From assembly GCA_965552135.1 (NCBI GenBank), contig CBEVQY010000035.1, positions 1 through 22,101 on the forward strand: 22,101 nucleotides of DNA, written 5' to 3'. The stretch's first letter is position 1. Every line of letters starts with the position of its first letter. The position numbers were made by a program, and so were the translations under genes. The notes beneath the pieces were generated by a model that had not been told where the DNA came from, ran no database searches, and saw nothing but the letters and a program-made list of their open reading frames with translations. This document shows, in pieces, positions 9,583 through 17,581 of this stretch. The stretch is from an uncultured bacterium (lineage in GTDB: Bacteria > UBP14 > UBA6098 > B30-G16).

Positions 9583-10374
9583 ATGCAGAAGAGCTACAAA
9601 ACCCTTCGCTACGAGCTTAAGGACGGGATTATAGTCGTCTGGCTCAACAGACCCGAGGTCCACAACGCGTTTGATGACGAGATGCTTTCGGAGCTTGTGG
9701 ATATTTTGGACTGGATTGAGGCGAACGACGCCGTACGCGTTGTGATATTCACCGGCGCGGGAAAGTCCTTTTCCGCCGGCGCCGACATAAACTGGATGAG
9801 GAGGATGGTCGGATACACATATGAGGAGAACCTCGAGGATGCCGAGCTTATAAGCAAGGTTTTCTACAAGATCTACACGCTTGGCAAGCCCGTGATCTCT
9901 GCCGTCAACGGAGCTGCGATAGGCGGCGGGATGGGGTTTGTCGGTGCGTCGGATATCGTCATAGCGTCGACGGAGGCTAAGTTCGGGCTTTCGGAGGTGA
10001 GGCTTGGGCTTGTGCCGGCATGTATATCGCCTTACCTCATTCGCAAGGCGCCCGAGGGTGCCCTCAAGGAGCTTTTCCTGAGCGGCAACCGCTTCGGTCC
10101 ACAAAAAGCCAAAGAGGTCTTCCTCGTGAACTACATCGTCGAGCCCGAAGAGCTTTTGGACTTTGCGCTGCAGAAAGCCCGCGAGCTTTTGCTGTGCGGT
10201 CCAAACGCTATCGCCATGTGCAAAACGCTGTTCCACAGGGTCCCCGACATGGAGCTTGAGGAAGCCTACAAGTATACCACCGAAGCCATCGCTCGGCTCC
10301 GCGTGTCCGAGGAGGCTCAGGAGGGGATGAGGGCGTTTTTGGAGAAGCGCCCGCCCCGATGGCGGAAGGAGTGA
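9583..10374 (+). CDS. Enoyl-CoA hydratase/isomerase, probable methylglutaconyl-CoA hydratase (LiuC/YngF-like)
   Basis: Motifs LNRPEVHNAF, FSAGADINWM, GAAIGGGMG, FGLSEVRLGLVPA and EAQEGMRAFLEKR. SD GGGGGAGG precedes ATG 9583. Confidence 0.88.
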   Translation: MQKSYKTLRYELKDGIIVVWLNRPEVHNAFDDEMLSELVDILDWIEANDAVRVVIFTGAGKSFSAGADINWMRRMVGYTYEENLEDAELISKVFYKIYTLGKPVISAVNGAAIGGGMGFVGASDIVIASTEAKFGLSEVRLGLVPACISPYLIRKAPEGALKELFLSGNRFGPQKAKEVFLVNYIVEPEELLDFALQKARELLLCGPNAIAMCKTLFHRVPDMELEEAYKYTTEAIARLRVSEEAQEGMRAFLEKRPPRWRKE

Positions 10375-10510
10375 AGCAGGCTCCTCCTGCCTTACCAGCC
10401 CTGCAACCAACGCAAACCAGTGTTTTGGAAGCCACTGCCTTCGGAAAAACTGTTGCCAACTGTGGCGTTGGGCGTTTATTTTTTGCATCTTGAAAGCGGG
10501 GGAGTAGGCG

Positions 10511-13500
10511 ATGGAATACAGGCGACTGGAAAAATCGTTCACGCAGGTACAGCTTGAGGAGGAGATTCTCGACTTCTGGGACAGGGAGAGGATCTTCGAG
10601 CGTTCGCTTGAGCTTACCAAGGACCTTCCTCGCTTCAACTTCTACGAGGGTCCGCCGACGGCTAACGGCAAACCCGGCGTCCATCACGTGATTGCGCGGA
10701 CGATCAAGGACATCGTTTGTCGGTACAAGTCGATGACGGGCTACTTCGTCGAGCGCAAGGCTGGCTGGGACACTCACGGGCTCCCGGTGGAGATAGAGGT
10801 CGAAAAGGAGCTCAAGCTCAAGTCCAAGCGCGATATACTCGCCTACGGCGTGGAGAAGTTCAACCGAGCCTGCAAAGAGAGCGTGATGCGCTACCTCAAG
10901 GACTGGGAGTGGATGACGCGCCGAATCGGGTACTGGCTCGATATGAAGAACGCCTACATAACCTACGAGCCCGAGTACATCGAGACCCTTTGGTGGATCT
11001 TGGCGCAGTACTTTAAGGCAGGGCTTATCTACAGGGGCTACAAGGTATTGCCGTATTGTCCGCGGTGCGGCACGGGGCTTTCGGATCACGAAGTCGCTCA
11101 GGGGTATCGCGACACGGAGGACCCGTCGGTGTACGTTCTTATGAAGCTTGCGTCGCCCCTGCCGGGCGAGACCGAAGTCCCCGACGACGTCTACTTCCTC
11201 GTCTGGACGACTACACCGTGGACTTTGCTTTCGAACCTCGCCCTCGCCGTGCATCCTGAGCACGAGTACCTGCTCGTCAGGCACGGTGGGAGGAGGCTTT
11301 TGCTTGTGCGCGAGCGCGCCGACGCCGTCCTGGGCGAAGGAAGCTACGAAGTGGAAAAAACCTTCCGCGGAAAGGAGCTGGAGCTTTTGGAGTACGAGCC
11401 CCTCTTCCGCTTCGTCGAGCCTGGGCGGAAGGCGTGGTTCGTCATAACTGCCGACTACGTCACCGTGGAGGACGGGACGGGCATAGTCCACATAGCGCCC
11501 GCCTTCGGTCGCGAGGACTTCGAGGAGGGCGAGCGATGGGGGCTGCCTATGGTCCAGCTTGTGGACGACGAGGGCAAGATAAAGCCCGAGGCAAAGCCCT
11601 TCGCCGGCCTTTGGTTCAAGGACGCTGACCCTAAGATCCTTGCCTACCTTGCCGAAAGGGGGCTGCTTTTCCGCGCCGAAACCGTTGTGCACTCCTATCC
11701 GTTCTGTTGGCGGTGCGACTCCCCGCTCATCCAGTACGCCCGCTCGAGCTGGTACATAAAAACGACAGCCTACAAGGACAAGATGCTCGAGGAGAACGAG
11801 AGGATAAAATGGTATCCTCCGCAGATAGGCAGCGGCAGGTTTGGCGAGTGGTTGAAGAACAACGTCGACTGGGCGCTCTCCAGGGAGCGGTTCTGGGGGA
11901 CGCCGCTTAACATCTGGATATGCGAGAGCTGCGGTCTGGAGCACGCGGTGGAGTCGTTCGCACAGCTCAGGGAGATGGCGACCTCGCCCATCCCTGATGA
12001 CTTCGACCCGCACAAGCCGTTCGTCGACGAGATCACGCTCAAATGCCCCAAGTGCGGCGGTGTGATGAAGCGCACGCCCGAGGTGATAGACTGCTGGTTC
12101 GATAGCGGCGCTATGCCGTTCGCTCAGTACCACTACCCCTTCGGCATCTCGGAAGAGGAGTTCTCAAAGCGCTTCCCCGCGGATTTCATATCCGAAGCCG
12201 TCGATCAGACCAGAGGCTGGTTCTACACGCTCCTTGCCATATCGACCTTCCTTAGGGGCGTTTCGTCGTACAAGACGGTTGTTGCGATGGAGCTTGTGCT
12301 CGATAAGAACGGTCAGAAGATGAGCAAGTCGCGGGGCAACGTCGTTGATCCGGTCGACGTCATAAAGGCGTACGGCGCTGACCCGCTGCGGTGGTATTTC
12401 ATAACCACAAGCCCGCCCTGGGTTCCAACCCGCTTCGACACGGACGGCGTCGCCGAGACGCTGCGGAAGTTCTTCGACACGCTTAAAAACACCTACAACT
12501 TCTTCGCCCTCTACGCCACCATCGACGGCTACGAGCCTGCGGAGCTTCCGGGCAAGCTTGAAAACGCCATGGACCGCTGGCTCATATCGAGGCTGAACTC
12601 TCTTGTGAAGCAGTACCGCGCCTGGATGGACGACTATCAGATGACCAGGGCGGCAAGGGCGCTGCAGAGCTTTGTCATAGATGAGCTTTCGAACTGGTAC
12701 GTTCGTCGCAACCGCAGGCGCTTTTGGGCAAGCGGCATGGACGAGGACAAGCTTTCTGCCTATGCGGTCCTTTGGCATACCCTTCGCGTGGTCTGCGAGC
12801 TTGTTGCGCCTTTGGCGCCGATGACCGCAGACTTCTTCTGGCGAGAGCTTACCGCGCCAAGGCGAGAGGAGTTCGGCGATTCGGTCCACCTCAGGTCGAT
12901 TCCCGCCCCGGACGAGTCGAGGATCGACCGCGAGCTTGAGGAGCAGATGTCGGCGGCGATAAGGATCGTCGAGCTCGGCAGGGCTGCGCGCAACGAGGCT
13001 AAGATCAACATAAGACAGCCGCTGCCCGCCATGGTCGTTGCCGCGGATGACATCCAGCCGCTTCGGGATGAGCTTGCCGCGATAATAAAGGATGAGCTCA
13101 ACGTAAAGGAGCTTCGCTTCGGCGGCAGGCGCGAGGATTTCGTCTCGTATCGCGCGAAGCCGAACTACAGGCTTTTGGGCAAGCGCTTTGGCGCAAGGAT
13201 GCCGCAGGTCGAGGCGGCTGTTGCGGCGCTTTCGAAGGACGATATAGAAAGAGGGCTTGCTGAGGGCAGGTGGCACATCGTTGTGGACGGCGAGGAGCAC
13301 GTTGTGACCGCCGACGAGATTTTGGTCGAGACTGTGGCGAAGCCGCCCTTCGTGGTGGTGTCGGATAGGGGCATCACGGTTGCGCTCGACGTGACGATAA
13401 CCCCCGAGCTTCGCGCAGAGGGGCTCGCGCGGGAGACGATCAACCGCATCCAGAACACGCGGAAGGAGGCAGGTCTCGACGTCACCGACAGGATAGTCCT

Positions 13501-13675
13501 CTCCCTCGTCACCGACGACGCCGAGCTGCGAAGCGCCCTCGAGAAGCACAAGACCACTATCGCCGCCGAAACCCTGGCGCGCGAAGTCGTCTTCGAGCCT
13601 ATCGAAGCCCATCTTTTCGAAAAGGTTTGGAAGTTCGCGGGGAAGGAACTGAGGATTTCGCTGAGGAAAGCGTAA
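10511..13675 (+). CDS. ileS: Isoleucyl-tRNA synthetase, type 2 (IleRS2), 1054 aa
   Basis: Motifs FYEGPPTANG, GWDTHGLP, WTTTPWT, GTGIVH, DQTRGWF, KMSKS and NWYVRRNRRRF. Type-2 C-terminal extension (EGLARETINRIQNTRK) with no terminal Zn finger. Confidence 0.97.
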   Translation: MEYRRLEKSFTQVQLEEEILDFWDRERIFERSLELTKDLPRFNFYEGPPTANGKPGVHHVIARTIKDIVCRYKSMTGYFVERKAGWDTHGLPVEIEVEKELKLKSKRDILAYGVEKFNRACKESVMRYLKDWEWMTRRIGYWLDMKNAYITYEPEYIETLWWILAQYFKAGLIYRGYKVLPYCPRCGTGLSDHEVAQGYRDTEDPSVYVLMKLASPLPGETEVPDDVYFLVWTTTPWTLLSNLALAVHPEHEYLLVRHGGRRLLLVRERADAVLGEGSYEVEKTFRGKELELLEYEPLFRFVEPGRKAWFVITADYVTVEDGTGIVHIAPAFGREDFEEGERWGLPMVQLVDDEGKIKPEAKPFAGLWFKDADPKILAYLAERGLLFRAETVVHSYPFCWRCDSPLIQYARSSWYIKTTAYKDKMLEENERIKWYPPQIGSGRFGEWLKNNVDWALSRERFWGTPLNIWICESCGLEHAVESFAQLREMATSPIPDDFDPHKPFVDEITLKCPKCGGVMKRTPEVIDCWFDSGAMPFAQYHYPFGISEEEFSKRFPADFISEAVDQTRGWFYTLLAISTFLRGVSSYKTVVAMELVLDKNGQKMSKSRGNVVDPVDVIKAYGADPLRWYFITTSPPWVPTRFDTDGVAETLRKFFDTLKNTYNFFALYATIDGYEPAELPGKLENAMDRWLISRLNSLVKQYRAWMDDYQMTRAARALQSFVIDELSNWYVRRNRRRFWASGMDEDKLSAYAVLWHTLRVVCELVAPLAPMTADFFWRELTAPRREEFGDSVHLRSIPAPDESRIDRELEEQMSAAIRIVELGRAARNEAKINIRQPLPAMVVAADDIQPLRDELAAIIKDELNVKELRFGGRREDFVSYRAKPNYRLLGKRFGARMPQVEAAVAALSKDDIERGLAEGRWHIVVDGEEHVVTADEILVETVAKPPFVVVSDRGITVALDVTITPELRAEGLARETINRIQNTRKEAGLDVTDRIVLSLVTDDAELRSALEKHKTTIAAETLAREVVFEPIEAHLFEKVWKFAGKELRISLRKA

Positions 13676-13693
13676 CGAGGCTGGTGATGTGCT

Positions 13694-14728
13694 ATGGCGA
13701 AGGCGAGGAAGACGAAGTATGAGGGGCGTCCGGTGAGGGTTTCGACGCTGGGCGTTGATCAGAGGCAGCTTTTCGGTCAGGGCGGGGCGTACGTCAAGGA
13801 GATCGAGCTTGAGTTCCCCGTGAAGATAGTTGCCCGCGGGGACGAGATCCAGATTTACGGCGAGGCGAAGGACGCCCAGATGGTGAAGGCTCTCTTCGAG
13901 GAGATGATCCAGCACCTTGCTTCGGGCGGCGTGGTTTCGGAGCAGACGCTCCAGTACGCGATTCGGACGATAAAGGGCGAAAGCGGCATTGCGCCGCTTG
14001 AGGACGACCGCGTCCTCATCACCGCAAGGCGCGTTGCAATACGCCCCCGCAGCGAAGGGCAAAAGCGCTACATCGACGCCATCTTCTCAAACGACCTCGT
14101 CTTCGCGATAGGTCCGGCTGGGACGGGCAAGACCTATCTTGCCGTTGCCTGCGCGGTGCGTTTCCTGCGGGAGAGGCGAATCGACAGGATCATCCTCGTG
14201 CGACCCGCCGTCGAAGCCGACGAAAAGCTCGGCTTCCTGCCCGGCGATATGAAGGAGAAGGTCGACCCATACCTCCGCCCGCTCTACGATGCGCTCTACG
14301 ACATGCTCCCGCACAATCAGGTCGAGCGATACATCGAAACCGGCGTTATAGAGATCGCGCCCCTGGCGTTTATGCGGGGGCGCACGCTGAACAACTCCTT
14401 CATCATACTCGACGAAGCACAGAACTCGACGATACGGCAGATGAAGATGTTCTTAACGCGCCTCGGGATAAACTCGAAGACCGTGGTTACCGGGGATGTG
14501 ACCCAGGTCGACCTGCCCGACAAGAGCATGTCGGGTCTTATAAACGCGCAGAAGATCCTGGAGGGCATCCCTGGCATAGCCTTCGTTTACCTCACCGAGC
14601 GCGATGTCGTTCGCCATCCGCTTGTGCAGGAGATCATCCTCGCCTACGACAGGTGGGAGAGGCGCGGCAGGGAGCTTAAGTCGGGCGACGAGCAGGCTTC
14701 GGGCGAATCGGAGGGGGGAAGCGAGTGA
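13694..14728 (+). CDS. phoH: PhoH family ATPase with N-terminal KH-like domain
   Basis: Motifs GPAGTGKT, RPAVEA, LGFLPG, PLAFMRGRTL, LDEAQN, TGDVTQVDLP and RHPLV. Confidence 0.95.
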   Translation: MAKARKTKYEGRPVRVSTLGVDQRQLFGQGGAYVKEIELEFPVKIVARGDEIQIYGEAKDAQMVKALFEEMIQHLASGGVVSEQTLQYAIRTIKGESGIAPLEDDRVLITARRVAIRPRSEGQKRYIDAIFSNDLVFAIGPAGTGKTYLAVACAVRFLRERRIDRIILVRPAVEADEKLGFLPGDMKEKVDPYLRPLYDALYDMLPHNQVERYIETGVIEIAPLAFMRGRTLNNSFIILDEAQNSTIRQMKMFLTRLGINSKTVVTGDVTQVDLPDKSMSGLINAQKILEGIPGIAFVYLTERDVVRHPLVQEIILAYDRWERRGRELKSGDEQASGESEGGSE

Positions 14729-14734
14729 GCCCGA

Positions 14735-17038
14735 TTACATCTCCCGCAACGCCTGCCGCTTAACCTGATGGAGATGGTGCGCGTCTGCCTCATCGGGAAA
14801 GTGCTCTGTCGCGTAGTCGATCCACTTGACGAGCTCTTTGTTTTTGCCGCAGGCTTGCAGCCCGCCGATGAGGTTCTGCAGGTATGTCCAGCTTTTGTTG
14901 CTTTCGAATGCGAGGCGGAAGTACGTGATGGCGGAGTCGCACTCCCCGGCGTTTAACAAAAGCACGCCGAGGTTCGTTAAAGCCGGCGCATACGACGGCG
15001 CTATACCAAGCGTCCTTCTGAAGTAGACTTCAGCCGAGTCGGGTTTCCCGCTGCGAGCGAAAAACACCCCCATATTGTAGGGTATAAGGGGGTTTTGCGG
15101 CGTGAAGAACAGCCCCATCCTTCCCCACACGAACGCGCTGTCGAGTTTGCCTATGGTTCCGTAGAAGGCGTTGAGGAGGGCGTATCGGTCCTTAAGCGAT
15201 GGCGTTTCTGCGAGTGCTTTTTCGAAGGCGCGCCTCGCCGCAAGTGTGTCTCCGGTTTCCCAAAGGCGCTCCGCCTCGAGCCACTTGCCCCTCTCGCGCA
15301 AAGCCCACTCGTAGCCCTGGCGCGAAAAAACATCATGGGCTGACATAGAGCGAGTTGATAAAAGGAGTTTCATAGCTTTCTCGATATCTCCAACTTCTTG
15401 TAAAGCGCGTGCGAGGTAGTAAATGGCACGTGTTTTTGCTAAGGGGGTTGATAATAGAGAATCAAGCTGCTCCTGCTTTATGTCGCTGACTATGCGGAAG
15501 AGTCCAAGGTCGTTGAAATAAGTCCCGATGTCTTGGAAGTATGATATTGGTAGCAGTTTGGTGAGATAATCTTTGCTCCCCATAAAAGGTCGAAACCTTT
15601 CCCAGATGGGGTAAGGTGAGTCGGCTAGTATAGTTATACCCTGATTTATTATATAACTCCACAGCCTGTGTTCAGTGATAGCTTTGAAGGCTTGAGGGTT
15701 GACCGCGCCATCGAGGTTTATAACAACAAAGTGCACATAGTATCCCAGACGTCCAGCGTTAAAGGCTCCTATGATGCTATTGGTGGGTAGGTGGGGGAGT
15801 TTGTTAATAACTGTAACGTCTCTGTGGCGGATACTACAGTCTCGAATAGTATGCGTTGCAAACAAGTGAATGCTGGCGATTAACATTACAACTATAACGC
15901 AGCCTGCTATAATTTTCTTTTTTCTTTCCTTAAGTGTCAGCAGTGTCTCAGCAATTACCAGAATAGTTACGATGTGAACCGGAACATAGTAATAGTCGCG
16001 AACAAGAAGCCTGACCAGCCAATGCAAGATAATTCCGTAGACGATTATCCCCACAATGAATGGCAATAGATAGAAGTTTAGAATGTCGTCAAAGGAAAGG
16101 CGTTTCAAGCTTCTTTTCAGCCACAAAACACAGAGCACAATCATTCCCAAAAGGCCTATTATTCCGCCAAAACTTCGGAAAAGAGCAGGAAATAGGGCAA
16201 GCTTCAGTTCCCGTTTCCACATGTGGAGATAAGTACTTATCGATTTGCCGTATTTCCAGAAGAAAAAGTTGTTTCTTGCGTAATTAAACGCCAGCCCGCT
16301 TATGGGCACCCAGTGCCCGAACCGCAGCTTGCACCACAAAACCCACGGCAGAACGGAGGCGTTTATAAGCACAAGGTAGGGGATCAACCTCTTGCTGCGC
16401 CACCGCCAAAGAAGATGGATGTTCAGAAGCCAAACGATAATCGCAAAGTCTATTCGTAGCCAAAGCAGCACTATATTCGCCGCAACCCACCATCTAAAGT
16501 TTTTGCCGTAGTTCTCGCCCCCCTGGATGAGCTTGTGGTGTGTGTAGATAGCTACCGCGAAGGGCAAAAGCGAAAAGCCCGTCTCCATCCCGCACATCTG
16601 GTGGTAGAGGATGTTCGGGTTGATCGCGAAGACGCCAAGGATAAGCGCAACAAGCCAAGCCGGCGCCTTCGGATAACGCTCCCTAAGAAGCCTGTAGATG
16701 ATGTATATCGCGATTGTAATCGCAACAGCCGTTATGGTGCTTGCGATGTGGATGGGGAGGTTCAGCTCATTCTTCGGCACGATGGCGTAAATGGGCAAAA
16801 GCATCAAAAGCCAAAGCGGATGGAAGCCGTTGGTCGGTATCCCAGGGGTGAAGCATATCCCGTTTCCGTGCACGATGTTCCATGCGATTTTGTAGTAGTA
16901 GAATGCGTCGTCGTGCTGCGCGAAGACGGGATTTTTCAGGCTACCCCACGCAAAGACAAGCCTTGCAGCTAAAGCCACCCCAACAAGCAGGATCCCCCAA
17001 ACGTCCGTCTTCGGTTTTTGGGCGCCTTTGCGTGGCAT
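14735..17038 (-). CDS. Polytopic membrane protein, putative GT-C-fold glycosyltransferase with C-terminal TPR repeats
   Basis: N-terminal TM followed by an acidic loop DDAFYY...TNGFHPLW, a GMETG motif, roughly 10 hydrophobic segments and a soluble domain (AGRLGYY, NLDGAVN). TPR-like helices at the end (YNMGVFF, ALTNLGVLL). Confidence 0.7.
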   Translation of the reverse strand: MPRKGAQKPKTDVWGILLVGVALAARLVFAWGSLKNPVFAQHDDAFYYYKIAWNIVHGNGICFTPGIPTNGFHPLWLLMLLPIYAIVPKNELNLPIHIASTITAVAITIAIYIIYRLLRERYPKAPAWLVALILGVFAINPNILYHQMCGMETGFSLLPFAVAIYTHHKLIQGGENYGKNFRWWVAANIVLLWLRIDFAIIVWLLNIHLLWRWRSKRLIPYLVLINASVLPWVLWCKLRFGHWVPISGLAFNYARNNFFFWKYGKSISTYLHMWKRELKLALFPALFRSFGGIIGLLGMIVLCVLWLKRSLKRLSFDDILNFYLLPFIVGIIVYGIILHWLVRLLVRDYYYVPVHIVTILVIAETLLTLKERKKKIIAGCVIVVMLIASIHLFATHTIRDCSIRHRDVTVINKLPHLPTNSIIGAFNAGRLGYYVHFVVINLDGAVNPQAFKAITEHRLWSYIINQGITILADSPYPIWERFRPFMGSKDYLTKLLPISYFQDIGTYFNDLGLFRIVSDIKQEQLDSLLSTPLAKTRAIYYLARALQEVGDIEKAMKLLLSTRSMSAHDVFSRQGYEWALRERGKWLEAERLWETGDTLAARRAFEKALAETPSLKDRYALLNAFYGTIGKLDSAFVWGRMGLFFTPQNPLIPYNMGVFFARSGKPDSAEVYFRRTLGIAPSYAPALTNLGVLLLNAGECDSAITYFRLAFESNKSWTYLQNLIGGLQACGKNKELVKWIDYATEHFPDEADAHHLHQVKRQALREM

Positions 17039-17041
17039 CGT

Positions 17042-17566
17042 TTATCCTCTGTGCGATTTTCGCCTCAGTGAGTTTTCGGGCTCGTATGCGGGCGGCGCCA
17101 CAGCGCGGATGTCCATAGCCTTGTCCTTGGGCGCTGTGACCCAAAGTACAGCCGTTTTGTCCTTGAACTTTACGGCGCGCACAACCTCGCCCTCGCCTGC
17201 TACCTCGCCCCAGCGATCCAAAAGCACAACCTTCTCGCCCCTCTGCGGCAGCGGAACGAACTCGTGCGGGAGCTTGATCAGTGCGGCGTCGGGGCTGTAG
17301 GTCATGTCGACGACGAATATGGCAAGCCCCGGGCAAGCCGCAACGCAAAGCCCGCAGCCGTCGCAGAGATCGAAGTCTATCTTGGGCAGGTCGTTTATGT
17401 TCTCAAATGGCAGGATGGCGCCTTTGGGGCACGCCTCGCTGCACGGATCGCACGGTATCTGCTGGAAGCACTCGATTATCGCCACGGCGCCCTGCTCCAG
17501 CCGCTTCTGGGGCGGCATGAAGCGCCTCAGATCCTCAGGCTCGGCAACCCCGTCGCGCGAAAGCAT
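17042..17566 (-). CDS. 2x[4Fe-4S] ferredoxin-domain protein with C-terminal beta domain
   Basis: CFQQIPCDPCSEACP (C-x5-C-x2-C-x3-CP) and CDGCGLCVAACP. SD GGGAGG. Confidence 0.85.
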   Translation of the reverse strand: MLSRDGVAEPEDLRRFMPPQKRLEQGAVAIIECFQQIPCDPCSEACPKGAILPFENINDLPKIDFDLCDGCGLCVAACPGLAIFVVDMTYSPDAALIKLPHEFVPLPQRGEKVVLLDRWGEVAGEGEVVRAVKFKDKTAVLWVTAPKDKAMDIRAVAPPAYEPENSLRRKSHRG

Positions 17567-17581
17567 GGCGAACCTCCCGTG

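Noticed and set aside
10375..10510. T-box riboswitch upstream of ileS
   Set aside because: The gap is only ~135 nt and lacks the T-box GGTGGNACC sequence and a terminator.
9406..10638. 410-aa minus-strand ORF
   Set aside because: Antisense to the enoyl-CoA hydratase and the start of ileS, with no motifs.
10208..14062. Two long minus-strand ORFs (641 and 632 aa)
   Set aside because: Antisense shadows of ileS/phoH with no domain signatures.
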